Position numbers and translations under genes: made by a program. Shown here piece by piece: positions 34,850 through 46,272 of a DNA stretch of 64,000 bases. The notes below the pieces were generated by a model. The model searched no databases and was not told the DNA's origin. It was given only the letters and a program-made list of their open reading frames with translations. Source of the stretch: Macrostomum lignano. Taxonomy: Eukaryota. The stretch is from positions 62,001 to 126,000 of the forward strand of contig NIVC01000403.1 of assembly GCA_002269645.1 (NCBI GenBank). Reading direction: 5' to 3'. Position 1 is the stretch's first letter. Every line of letters begins with the position of its first letter.

Positions 34850-34879
34850 TCTTTTTATTTCTTTGACGTTTTTGTGCAG
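34850..34879 (+). promoter_or_regulatory. Strong polypyrimidine tract plus CAG, 186 nt after the RPS23 stop (candidate intercistronic acceptor)
   Basis: TCTTTTTATTTCTTTGACGTTTTTGTGCAG, with CAG at 34877-34879. No AATAAA was seen between the RPS23 stop and this site. Confidence 0.4.
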
Positions 34880-34969
34880 ATTTAGGCCAGATTAAGAGAT
34901 AAATGAATATAGAGCTTCTATTAGAATCGGCCCATCTACCGGCTTTATAATTTCGCCGTATCGGCTAAG

Positions 34970-37270
34970 AATCGCCCCAACCCCCATGAATCAGTGCATC
35001 CCCCAAGAATCAGTACATCCCCCAAGAATCGCCCCAAACCCCAAGAATCAGTACATCCCCCAAGAATCGCCCCAAACCCCAAGAATCAGTACATCCCCCA
35101 AGAATCGCCATCGCCATACCCCCCCCCAAGAATCGCCCCATCCCCCAAGAATCGCCATCGCCCAACCCCCCAAGAATCGCCCCATCCCCCAAGAATCGCC
35201 CCATCCCCCCAAGAATCGTCCCATCCCCCAAGAATCGCCATCGTCCATCCCCCGAAGAATCGCCCCATCCCGCCAAAATTCGCCCCATCCCCCCAACAAT
35301 CGCCCAATCCCCCCAAAATCGCCCCATCCTCCCAAGAATCACCCAATCCCCCCAAGAATCGCCCCATCCTCCCAAGAATCGCCCAATCCCCCCAAGAATC
35401 GCCCCATCCTCCCAAGAATCGCCCCATCCCCCAACAATCGCCCAATCCCCCCAAGAATCGCCCCATCCTCCCAAGAATCGCCCCATCCCCCAAGAATCGC
35501 CCCATCCCCCCAAGAATCGTCCCATCCCCCAAGAATCGCCATCGTCCATCCCCCGAAGAATCGCCCCATCCCGCCAAAATTCGCCCCATCCCCCCAACAA
35601 TCGCCCAATCCCCCCAAGAATCGCCCCATCCTCCCAAGAATCGCCCCATCCCCCAAGAATCGCCCCATCCCCCCAAAAATGGCCCAATCCCCCAAGAATC
35701 GCCCCATCCTCCCAAGAATCGCCCCATCCCCCCAACAATCGCCCAATCCCCCAAGAATCGCCCCATCCCCCCAAGAATCGCCCCATCCCCCCAACAATCG
35801 CCCAATCCCCCAAGAATCGCCCCATCCTCCCAAGAATCGCCCCATCCCCCCAAGAATCGCCCCATCCCCCCAAAAATGGCCCAATCCCCCAAGAATCGCC
35901 CCATCCTCCCAAGAATCGCCCCATCCCCCCAACAATCGCCCAATCCCCCAAGAATCGCCCCATCCTCCCAAGAATCGCCCCATCCCCCCAACAATCACCC
36001 AATCCCCCCAAGAATCGCCCCATCCCCCAAGAATCGCCCCATCCCCCCAACAATCGCCCCATCCCCCAAGAATCGCCCCATCCCCCCAAGAATCGCCCCA
36101 TCCCCCAACAATCACCCAATCCCCCCAAGAATCGCCCCATCCCCCCAACAATCACCCAATCCCCCAAGAATCGCCCCATCCCCCCAAGAATCGCCCCATC
36201 CCCCAAGAATCGCCCCATCCTCCCAAGAATCGCCCCATCCCCCAACAATCACCCAATCCCCCAAGAATCGCCCCATCCCCCCAAGAATCGCCCCATCCCC
36301 CCAACAATCGCCCCATCCCCCCAAGAATCGCCCCATCCCCCAAGAATCGCCCCATCCCCCCAACAATCACCCAATCCCCCCAAGAATCGCCCCATCCCCC
36401 CAACAATCACCCAATCCCCCAAGAATCGCCCCATCCCCCAAGAATCGCCCCATCCCCCCAACAATCGCCCCATCCCCCCAAGAATCGCCCCATCCCCCAA
36501 GAATCGCCCCATCCCCCCAACAATCACCCAATCCCCCAAGAATCGCCCCATCCCCCAACAATCACCCAATCCCCCAAGAATCGCCCCATCCTCCCAAGAA
36601 TCGCCCCATCCCCCCAACAATCACCCAATCCCCCAAGAATCGCCCCATCCCCCCAAGAATCGCCCCATCCCCCCAAGAATCGCCCCATCCTCCCAAGAAT
36701 CGCCCCATCCCCCAACAATCACCCAATCCCCCAAGAATCGCCCCATCCCCCAAGAATCGCCCCATCCCCCAAGAATCGCCCCATCCTCCCAAGAATCGCC
36801 CCATCCCCCCAACAATCACCCAATCCCCCCAAGAATCGCCCCATCCCCCAAGAATCGCCCCATCCCCCCAACAATCGCCCAATCCCCCAAGAATCGCCCC
36901 ATCCCCCCAAGAATCGCCCCATCCCCCCAAAAATGGCCCAATCCCCCCAAGAATCGCCCCATCCCCCCAACAATCGCCCGATCCCCCCAAGAATCGCCCC
37001 ATCCCCCAAGAATCGCCCCATCCCCCAAAAATGGCCCAATCCCCCCAAGAATCGCCCCATCCCCCAACAATCGCCCAATCCCCCAAGAATCGCCCCATCC
37101 CCCCAAGAATCGCCCCATCCCCCCAAAAATGGCCCAATCCCCCAAGAATCGCCCCATCCCCCAACAATCGCCCAATCCCCCAAGAATCGCCCCATCCCCC
37201 CAAGAATCGCCCCATCCCCCAAAAATGGCCCAATCCCCCAAGAATCGCCCCATCCCCCCAAAAATGGCCC
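34970..37270. repeat. C-rich minisatellite, 19-21-bp units CCCAAGAATCGCCCCATCC(C) with CAACAATCACCCAAT and AAAATGGCCCAAT variants, about 2.3 kb
   Basis: The longest array in the window, filling the RPS23-OTUD6 spacer. It explains the 765/773-aa ORFs. Confidence 0.97.
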
Positions 37271-37344
37271 CATTCCTCAATAATGGCGGCAAGTCTGCTT
37301 GCAGAACTGCCTTAGTTACAGATAGCCAACAGGCGCCAATCCCA

Positions 37345-38295
37345 ATGGCTGAATTGCAGTCTCCGCCGGAGGAGGAGGCGCTGCTAGCCCGGCACAAGCA
37401 GGAGCAGAAGGCTCTGCAAGCCGAGCTGCAAAGATTAAAGAAAACGACGCCAAAAGGCGACAAGCGGCGTGCCCGCGAAGTGCAATTGGAATCGTCCCGG
37501 CTGCAGGCCGAACTGGACGATCGCCAGTCTGTTGAATTAGCCGAACTTCGAGCCGGCTGTCTCCGTCTGGGCGGCGGCGAATCTGCCGAGCATAACAATA
37601 ATAAAAACGGCGCTGACGATAAGAATATTGGAAACAATGGGAGCACTACTGATGCCGATGCTGAAGACCGGCGAGAGGTTGGTGAAGAAGAAGACGAACA
37701 GCTGGCGCCCCAGCAGCAGCAGCAACAGAAGAAGTCCAAAGCGGCCAAGCGTCGCGAGAAGAAAGCCGAAGCGGCCGCCAAGCAGCGCCAGGAGGCGGAA
37801 CGTCGCGCCGCCGAAGAAGCCGAGAATCCTAGCGAAAGCGCCATCGAGCTGGCTCGAATCCGGGACCGCCTGTCCGCTCTGGGCTTCGACTTGCACGAAG
37901 TGGCAGCCGACGGCAGCTGCCTGTACGCGGCTGTACAGCACCAGCTGGGCCAGCGGCGCGGCCGGCACGAGTCCGTAGCGGCACTGCGGCGCCTGGCCGC
38001 TGAGGCCATCCGCGCCAGCCCGGGTCACTACGCGCCATTCCTAGACGAAGACGTAGAGCTGCAGGCCTACGCCAACTTGGTGGAATCCTCGTCCGAATGG
38101 GGCGGCCAGCTGGAGCTGCGGGCTCTGAGCGAGGCCCTCCGGCTGCCCATCCGGGTGCTGCAAGCCGGCCCGCCAGATTTGCTAGTTGGCGAAGAGTTCC
38201 TCGCCGAGGTTGGCGAAGACGCCACATTGACTGTGACCTTTCATCGTCACCTGATGCGATCTGGGGAGCACTATAATTCGGTGAAGCCGAGATAG
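37345..38295 (+). CDS. OTUD6B: OTU-domain deubiquitinase OTUD6 (OTUD6B/Otu2-like), intronless, 316 aa
   Basis: The N-terminal LLARHKQEQKALQAELQRLKK..PKGDKRR coiled coil, SKAAKRREKK, the OTU catalytic ADGSCLY, WGGQLELRALS and GEHYNSV match OTUD6B. The start was chosen at the ATG after AACAG (37331-37332). Confidence 0.93.
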   Translation: MAELQSPPEEEALLARHKQEQKALQAELQRLKKTTPKGDKRRAREVQLESSRLQAELDDRQSVELAELRAGCLRLGGGESAEHNNNKNGADDKNIGNNGSTTDADAEDRREVGEEEDEQLAPQQQQQQKKSKAAKRREKKAEAAAKQRQEAERRAAEEAENPSESAIELARIRDRLSALGFDLHEVAADGSCLYAAVQHQLGQRRGRHESVAALRRLAAEAIRASPGHYAPFLDEDVELQAYANLVESSSEWGGQLELRALSEALRLPIRVLQAGPPDLLVGEEFLAEVGEDATLTVTFHRHLMRSGEHYNSVKPR

Positions 38296-38749
38296 CCGAG
38301 ATGCAGCATAGAGACTGGGAATCTGTTCGAACTGGCAACTGAGCTCTGGTTGCTGGCTAGTCCTAGTACATAGATTATGAAAAAAATTAGGGTTGGAGCA
38401 GGGGGCAGCTTGACCTCCTCTGACCCCTTGACCTCTCCTGGATAGCTCCCCATGCAATTGCATATCCCCAGACCAGAGCTTCTCTTGCTAATAATTCAGT
38501 CAGCAGATTTCTAATTTTAAATGCGTCCTTGTCAAAAATGGAACTATCAACATTTTTTTATTGAAAACATCTTGTGCCAGCCTTTCTTTTTTATCTAATG
38601 TTGTATTGTGTGTTGTTAGCTGCAATAGGTTTAAATAGTTCTAGGTATTTTGCTGTATCAACCGAGCGATATTTCGACAGCCAATTTGAGCCTTGGTTGG
38701 AGAATGGAGAATCAAGCCGTTAAATACTTGCTTTTCCACATTTGCTTCG

Positions 38750-39215
38750 CAAGTCCCCATTTTGGCTATACACTATGGTAGTTGCCCCATAAAACCCCAT
38801 TTTGGCCATAGACTATGTTGGTTGCTCCACAAGCCCCCATTTTGGCCATAGACTGTTAATTGCTCCATAAGACTCCATTTTGGCCATAGACTGGTGATTA
38901 CCCCATGAGACTCCATTTATTTGTCCATAGTCTATGATAGTTGCTCCATAAGCCCTCATTTTGGCCATAGACTATGGTAGTTGCCCCATAAAACACCATT
39001 TTGGGCATAGACTATGTTGGTTGCTCCATAAGACCCCATTTTGGCCATAGACTATGGTGATTACCCCATAAGACCCCATTTTTGGCCATAGACTATGGTG
39101 ATTACCCCATAAGACCCCATTTTGGCCATAGACTATGGTGATTACCCTATAAGACCCCATTTTGGCCATAGACTATGGTGGTTGCCCCATAAGACCTCCA
39201 TTTTGGCCATAGACT
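38750..39215. repeat. Minisatellite, 40-41-bp unit CCCCATTTTGGCCATAGACTATGGTGATTACCCCATAAGA
   Basis: About 11 copies, more degenerate on the left. Confidence 0.92.
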
Positions 39216-39711
39216 ATGAAAAGCATGTCTTTACTCTCTCATTAAGGAATGTCTTGCTTATTAGGATTTGGTAACTGACGAAATTTTTTCTAGCTTTGAT
39301 AAATACATGTAGATGTTTGCTTAGCTTTCGTACGTGTTATAGTTTCAGGATTATAATTGTGGCCTTGACTTAGTAAAAGTAGTTCTCCTATTTTATTGCT
39401 CGCATAACCCGTATTCTACGAGCTATCCCTGTGTTCGTAGTACCTCTTTGATTCGTCGCCAGTAGCGTGCATGCAGCACGGCTCCGCATTAGCCTAGTCA
39501 TCTAGCTGCTCGCGGACACTAATGTGTTATATCTGTTATCACTGTCTGTTTCACTGTCGGTCTGTGTAATTTTGGCAAAGCTTTGTCACCAGATATAATC
39601 GGAATTAATTAGTTTTTTGTGTGCCAATTTTGATTTATTGCACTTCTAATATGCCTTTATTAAGTTAGCGGCTTTTCGTGCTTGATGACCTCTGATTACT
39701 TAATAAAGAGC

Positions 39712-39865
39712 TCACCGTCTCCTGCTTAAATTCTCTCCTCCCTCTGTCTACTTGATTCCCCACCGATTCCTCCCTCAATTCGTTCCGTCACCGTCACCGT
39801 CTCCTGCTTAAATTCTCTCCTCCCTCTGTCTACTTGATTCCCCACCGATTCCTCCCTCAATTCGT
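39712..39865. repeat. 72-bp direct duplication (39712-39783 and 39794-39865) abutting a 21-bp array
   Basis: TCACCGTCTCCTGCTTAAATT...CCCTCAATTCGT occurs twice, separated by a 10-nt spacer. Confidence 0.92.
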
Positions 39866-39884
39866 CGCATACTATCTCTTGATT

Positions 39885-40630
39885 TCCTATCTAATCCCCT
39901 CGATTCCCCATCTAATCCCGTCGATTCCTCATCTAATCCCCTCGATTCCCCATCTAATCCCCTCGATTCCCCATCTTATCCCCTCGATTCCCCATCTAAT
40001 CCCCTCGATTCCCCATCTTATCCCCTCGATTCCCCATCTAATCCCCTCGATTCCCCATCTTATCCCCTCGATTCCCCATCTAATCCCCTCGATTCCCCAT
40101 CTAATCCCCTCGATTCCACATCTAATCCCCTCGATTCCCCATCTAATCCCCTCGATTCCCCATCTTATCCCCTCGATTCCCCATCTAATCCCCTCGATTC
40201 CCCATCTAATCCCCTCGATTCCCCATCTAATCCCCTAGATTCCCCATCTAATCCCCTCGATTCCACATCTAATCCCCTCGATTCCCCATCTAATCCCCTC
40301 GATTCCCCATCTTATCCCCTCGATTCCCCATCTAATCCCCTCGATTCCCCATCTAATCCCCTCGATTCCACATCTAATCCCCTCGATTCCACATCTAATC
40401 CCCTCGATTCCCCATCTAATCCCTCGATTCCCCATCTAATCCCTCGATTCCCCATCTAATCCCCTCGATTCCACATCTAATCCCCTCGATTCCCCATCTA
40501 ATCCCCTCGATTCCCCATCTAATCCCCTCGATTCCACATCTAATCCCCTCGATTCCCCATCTAATCCCCTCGATTCCCCATCTAATCCCCTCGATTCCAC
40601 ATCTAATCCCCTCGATTTCACATCTAATCC
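39885..40630. repeat. Minisatellite, 21-bp unit CCCCTCGATTCCCCATCTAAT
   Basis: About 35 copies. Confidence 0.97.
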
Positions 40631-41044
40631 CCTCGATTCCTCATCTAATCCGCACTCTATGTTTCATCAGTCACCGCAGCAACCATGCGAGTAAATGCTC
40701 TTGTATCGGATTCTCTATTCGCGTCCGACATTCTGATTGGTCCAAAACGCCGCGATGGCGAACAGAGCCGTTTACTAATTTTACTTAATAATTGTGAAAA
40801 ATAGAAATGAAGCTTCAACTTGATTAGTTGTCACTTGTGTAATGTACGAACGTATTACCCATCATCTGGTTCAACTTTGTTGCTAATGAAATGTTTCTCC
40901 GCGTGTGGCTGACTGATCGCTAATTAATTAAAGTGTGTGCTAAATTATTTTTCCAGTCTTTTTCCTTCTTGTGCATCAATCAGCAAAAAAATTAATCAAC
41001 GCAGCTTGCAGTTTGTTACTTTTTTAACCGAGAATTTTTCAGGT

Positions 41045-41342
41045 AGGGAGGGAGTGAGGGAGAGGAGGGAGTGAGGGAGAGGAGGGAGTGAGGGACAGGA
41101 GGGAGTGAGGGAGAGGAGGGGAGTAGAGAGGAGTAAAGGAGAGGAGGGAGTGAGGGAGAGGAGGGAAGTGAGAGAGAGGAGGGAAGTAGGGAGAGGAGTG
41201 AAGGAGAGGAGGGGGTAAGAAAGAGTACGGAGGGGAGTGAGGGAGAGTAGGGAGAGGAGGGGAGTGAGGGAGAGTGCGGAAGGGAGTGAGGGAGAGTGCG
41301 GAAGGGAGTGAGGGAGAGTGCGGAAGGGAGTGAGGAGAGAGT
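41045..41342. repeat. Purine-rich low-complexity repeat (GGGAGTGAGGGAGAGGA-like)
   Basis: The + strand is almost entirely G/A with interspersed T. Confidence 0.85.
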
Positions 41343-41550
41343 ACCCAAGGTAGTTGAATATTTATTTTTTTAAAGTGAAAAGCATCTTTGCTTAGCTATT
41401 AAGCAGTGTATAAAAACTTATTAATTTGAGTGGTGCTTCGGAATCGGAGCATAAATAATTTTTATCAGACACTCGAAATCAGGAAGCGTCTCAAAAATCG
41501 GGCTCTGTGGCTTGATCGCTAATAATGGATCAAATGGCCGGCAGGTCGAG

Positions 41551-43868
41551 TCATTCGTCCTGATTCTGGCAGCGCTGAATCTCTGGCATCTCCTGCAGCT
41601 GCAGGCCGCGCTCAACAAATCGCTTTGAGTAGCGCTCGAGTCTGCTGCGATCCAGTCCGACTTTCCACCAGTCGCCCAGCTCGTATTTAATATTGGACCA
41701 GACCTTCCTGGCCCATTTGGTCTTGAAGTCCAGCAACTGGCTGATGAATGCAGTGTTGATGTTGATCTTGCTGCGCATCACCTTCAGCGCTTGGAGGATT
41801 CTGCGGCGGGAGATTAACGGGAAGAATTGAGATTTCTCCGTGACATATCGGATAAATTGGATCTAGCATGAGGCTGAGGTTTTGCGAAATTCGAATGGCC
41901 CAAATTGACTGCTAACCCTAACCAGTCTGTAAAACGCGGCCACACTAATTTGGGACTTGCGCACGAAAATTGGCCCTAGGGGTTGTACGATTTACAGCCA
42001 CGAGGGTCAAACTCTCAAAGCACAGAGTGTACATGCCTGACGATTGGAAAGTCAGGGCAGTTGTACACCCTGTGTGAGCGTGTGTACGAGTGCGTGTGCC
42101 TGCCTCACTGCTTAGTCAAACATTCGTAGCAATGCTAAAACCAAGTCTTATAAATCGACACTGAAAAAGCGCTTTATTGACTCACTCAACGAGCTCCATG
42201 TCGTCAGCCAGGCACATCAGATAGGCGGTGACAATTGCTGGCGAGCGCGATACGCCCTGTCGATCATTTTTTGTTGTTTATAAGTATCACACTGAACTTG
42301 CATGTGAGTGGCGCCTCTGACACCCAAATTGGCGCCCCTGACACCCAACTTGGTGCCCCTGACACTTAACGCATGTGAGTGGCACCCCTGACACCCAACT
42401 TGCATGCGAGTGGCACCCCTGACACCCAACTTGCATGCGAGTGGCACCCCTGACACCCAACTTGCATGTGAGTGGCACCCCTGACACCCAACTTGCATGC
42501 GAGTGGCACCCCTGACACCCAACTTGCATGCGAGTGGCACCCCTGACACCCAACTTGCATGCGAGTGGCACCCCTGACACCCAACTTGCATGCGAGTGGC
42601 ACCCCTGACACCCAACTTGCATGCGAGTGGCACCCCTGACACCCAACTTGCATGTGAGTGGCACCCCTGACACCCAACTTTCATGCGAGTGGCGCCCCTG
42701 ACACCCAACTTGCATGTGAGTGGCACCCCTGACTCGGGAATACTCGGGATCCCGGGAATACACCCAACTTGCATGTGAGTGGCGCCCCTGACACCCAATT
42801 TGCATGTGAGTGGCGCCCCTGACACCCAACTTGCATGTGAGTGGCGCCCTGACACCCAACTTTCATGTGAGTGGCGCTCCTGACACCCAACTTGCATGTG
42901 AGTGGCGCCCCTGACACCCAACTTGCATGTGAGTGGCGCCCCTGACACCCAACTTGCATGTGAGTGGCGTTCTTGACACCCAACTTGCATGTGAGTGGCG
43001 CCCTGACACCCAACTTTCATGTGAGTGGCGTCCCTAACACCCAACTTGCATGTGAGTGGCACCCTGACACCCAACTTGCATGTGAGTGGCGCCCTGACAC
43101 CCAACTTTCATGTGAGTGGCGCCCCTGACACCCAACTTTCATGTGAGTGGCGCCCCTGACATCCAACTTGCATGTGAGTGGCGCCCCTGACACCCAACTT
43201 GCATGTGAGTGGCACCCCTGACACCCAACTTGGGACCCCCTGACACCCAACTTGCATGTGAGTGGCGCCCCTGACACCCAACTTGCATGTGAGTGGCACC
43301 CCTGACACCCAACTTGGGACCCCCTGACACCCAACTTGCATGTGAGTGGCGCCCCTGACACCCAACTTGCATGTGAGTGGCACCCCTGACACCCAACTTG
43401 GGACCCCTGACACCCAATTTGCATGTGAGTGGCAGCCTCTGACACCCACAGTGGCACCGTGGAACCAAGGCCTATGCCGCGCACCTGATTGCAGTGCACC
43501 AGCACATTCTTATCGTGAACTCGGCCGTGGTGAGTGAACAAAGCGCAGCTGTCAAAGTGCATGCTGATCTGGGACTTGGTCAAATCTCCAACGTAATACT
43601 GCAGCAATGGCAGGTCCTCGCCAGTAGCCGGATTGTGCATGGTGGTGTGCACCAGCTCCTCGTAGCCTTCGCCGCAGTCGCTGACGCTGACAATCTGACG
43701 GATGTTGTACAGAGTCAGGTAGTAGGGCGTCAGGGTTTCTATGCTGCCAACGTAGAGCCTGTCCAGCACCTTGTTGCACGGCATGTCGACCACGATCTGC
43801 AGGCCGCGCGACAGACTCTCGGCGAATACAACTCGGTCGTTTTGTCGACCAACCTTGTGTTGGATCAT
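41551..43868 (-). CDS. Atypical dual-specificity protein phosphatase (DUSP15/22-like fold), 3 exons: 43868-43485, 42256-42186, 41800-41551; 234 aa
   Basis: NKVLDRLYVGS, VGDLTKSQISMHFDSC.LF.H, NVLVHCNQ|GVSRSPAIVTAYLM (HCxxGxSRS P-loop split by intron 1) and ININTAFISQLLDF. Junctions are GT-AG; total 705 nt in frame. Confidence 0.88.
42295..43448. repeat. Intronic minisatellite, 30-31-bp unit CACCCAACTTGCATG(T/C)GAGTGGC(G/A)CCCCTGA, DUSP intron 1
   Basis: It fills about 1154 of 1228 nt (42257-43484) and contains a foreign 28-bp insert at 42733-42760. Confidence 0.97.
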
Positions 43869-44168
43869 TCCGACTACGCGCCGCCTTTTTATCCCAAAAG
43901 AGTTAACACAAGGTCTACGCGTTTCAATAAGTCTTCTTGCCAGCCGATTTATTATGGATCTAAACTACTAGCACAACATATTTGATAGCTGCATCGTTTG
44001 TGGGCCAAATCAGGAACCAATTTGAGACCGTGGATGAAAGATATATATAGGCATAGAGGAAGAATAATACTCGTATTGCTACTTCCGTTCTAACGAACGA
44101 AGAACTTTACCGTTTACCTACATGTAGGTGATTTTGTAAGTCCTTCCTTTGGTGGGGGCTGTTACAAC

Positions 44169-45279
44169 TAGGGAATACAAAATCCCGAGTTTTGCCAATC
44201 CCGGAATTCTCGGGATCGGGATATCCCGGACTTTGCCAATCCCGGGATCCCGACAAATTGGGCCGGGATCCCGTGATTAAAAAATTTTGTAATCATTGTT
44301 GGTGCAATTTTGGTTTACGAAGCCATCTACATAGTCTGATTTTAAATGGCTTTCAATAATTAAATAGAACAGAATAAAATATTTTGCTAACAAGAAGCTG
44401 ACAGTGAACTCTGAATTGGAGTGTGATGTACGGACTGGAGTATTAGACGTGTTTTTACATGCCAGTATCAGCTCAAGAAAATCACACTTGATTGCGATGT
44501 AACCTGGGGAATGACAGCTTACAGAGCTATGACCCGAGGTACTGATGTCAGGGTAGAAGGGGATCAGACCTCACCCAGAGGCAAACCGCGCTAGCTTGGA
44601 TTGCGGTCCGATAGCAAGGTCCCACTGTTCTAATCCCAACTACGGCCAAGGAGTTTTGAAGGTAGTGTCTGCTTAATGTACATGTAGTTCTGCCACCGCC
44701 CCTATGCTGGGCATCTCAAAGGTGTCCTGACAGTGCTGAGGTGCTGAGAATGAGGTCTTTCGCATAGAGGGGGACTTTTTAGCTGGGTTTGAGATAGAGG
44801 GGAGCTCAAATGAGCAATTATTTGACTCCCGTCTGGCAAGCTATAGCGCTGTGATCGGAAACAATGAGGAATTGGCTTCTATTGCTTTAGGCTCTGTGCA
44901 CAGGTTTTAGAATAACATAATTACATTAGTCTGCGAGTACCATATGTACACAGTTGCACATAAATTATTACACCTGAAATCTCCTTCGATATGCCAACAC
45001 CTTCAGTTTTGTATCCCTGCAGCCCTAGCCAACTCACTAAGCCTGCGTGTTTAAAAGATTAATAAATCAAAGCAGCCCAACTGGGTTATGATTTTCACCT
45101 GACAGTAGCTCAGCTGCAGATCCTCAAACCGGGATTGGGATCCCGATGGTCAATCCCGGACAAGTGTGATCCCGGGATTTAGAATCCCGGGATTCAGGCA
45201 TAATCGAAATCCCGGGATTCAGAATCCCGGGATTTGGGCCTAATCCCGGGATTTCGGTATCCCGGGATTGTATTCCCTA
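44169..45279. mobile_element. Non-autonomous hAT-like DNA transposon, 1111 bp, 8-bp TSD
   Basis: TIR TAGGGAATACAA...TTGTATTCCCTA. TSD GTTACAAC at 44161-44168 and 45280-45287. Many CCCGGGAT subterminal repeats occur at both ends. No transposase ORF was seen. Confidence 0.9.
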
Positions 45280-45295
45280 GTTACAACATTTCAAA

Positions 45296-45598
45296 GGGCC
45301 TGTCAGCTCAAGCTCATAAAGTAGAGCCCGAGTAACCTATGTACACAACTGATGCGTCATTCTGTTCACATTGACACCAGGAAGTTGAGTTTGGCAAAAG
45401 TGACGAAAGTTGGAATTGGGATAAGGGAGAACAAGCAAGGGGATGATTGGGAATATTATGTCAACTTAAGCTCATAAAGTAGTAAGTAGTCCCTTATTAT
45501 CGAAATCCAGCTTCCTGGTGTCACTGTGAACAGAATGACGCATCATTTGTGTACATAGTTACTCGGGCTCCACTTTATGAGCTTAAGTTGACAGGCCC
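45296..45598. mobile_element. MITE / foldback element of 303 bp with inverted arms of about 90 bp
   Basis: The left arm GGGCCTGTCAGCTCAAGCTCATAAAGTAGAGCCCGAGTAAC...GACACCAGGAAG is the reverse complement (few mismatches) of CTTCCTGGTGTC...GTTACTCGGGCTCCACTTTATGAGCTTAAGTTGACAGGCCC. No convincing TSD. Confidence 0.8.
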
Positions 45599-46272
45599 AC
45601 AACATAAAACTGCACTGGTTATCGGGGTTGTGATTGCGACGCTGGTAAAATTCGGGATTGTGAAAGCCCCCCTCCCTATGCATCTACATGCAAGATGCAA
45701 AAATCCAGGAGGAGCTGGAATTACATACGCTCGTATGCACTTATTTTTTAGATTTATAACTTCAAAAGGACGAAATTAGAACTCGATAGAGAAATCAAAA
45801 TGACAATACCGCTATAACCTACATGCATTTGAATACTGCTTTGTGTTTGTTTTAACGTAGAGGCGGGTGGGAGACGCTTTGAGAACTCAGCCAGCCCGCC
45901 CGTTTTATGTACACTGATTCCCTTTATATGCAGGGAATGTACAAATCTGAAAATGTACATTTAGTGGGGGGAAGGGGAGGGGGTGGATCGCGGTAGAGCC
46001 ATCAACCAATGATAAGCGAGCCCTGAGGAGACGCTGGTTGAGGGGTTTTGGCTCGATCACCCAAATGGGGTGTTGATCACCCCAACACCCAACCACGCCA
46101 GCAATTAAAGAGTAAACAACTACGCTCGTATATAAGGCAACTTTGTTCACTTAGCTTAAAGGAGAGGGACGGGACTTTTAATTGAGCCTTGAGCGGGGCA
46201 ATCAAGGAATTAAAGAAGCTTAAAATCCAAACTAAACTAAACCTGTCCCACTTCAAATTGGCACGCGACGCA

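Noticed and set aside
34986-37315. 765-aa and 773-aa Pro-rich ORFs, and the ORF from 37129 running into OTUD6
   Set aside because: They are translations of a stop-free C-rich minisatellite, giving the same peptides in several frames. OTUD6 homology begins only at the ATG at 37345.
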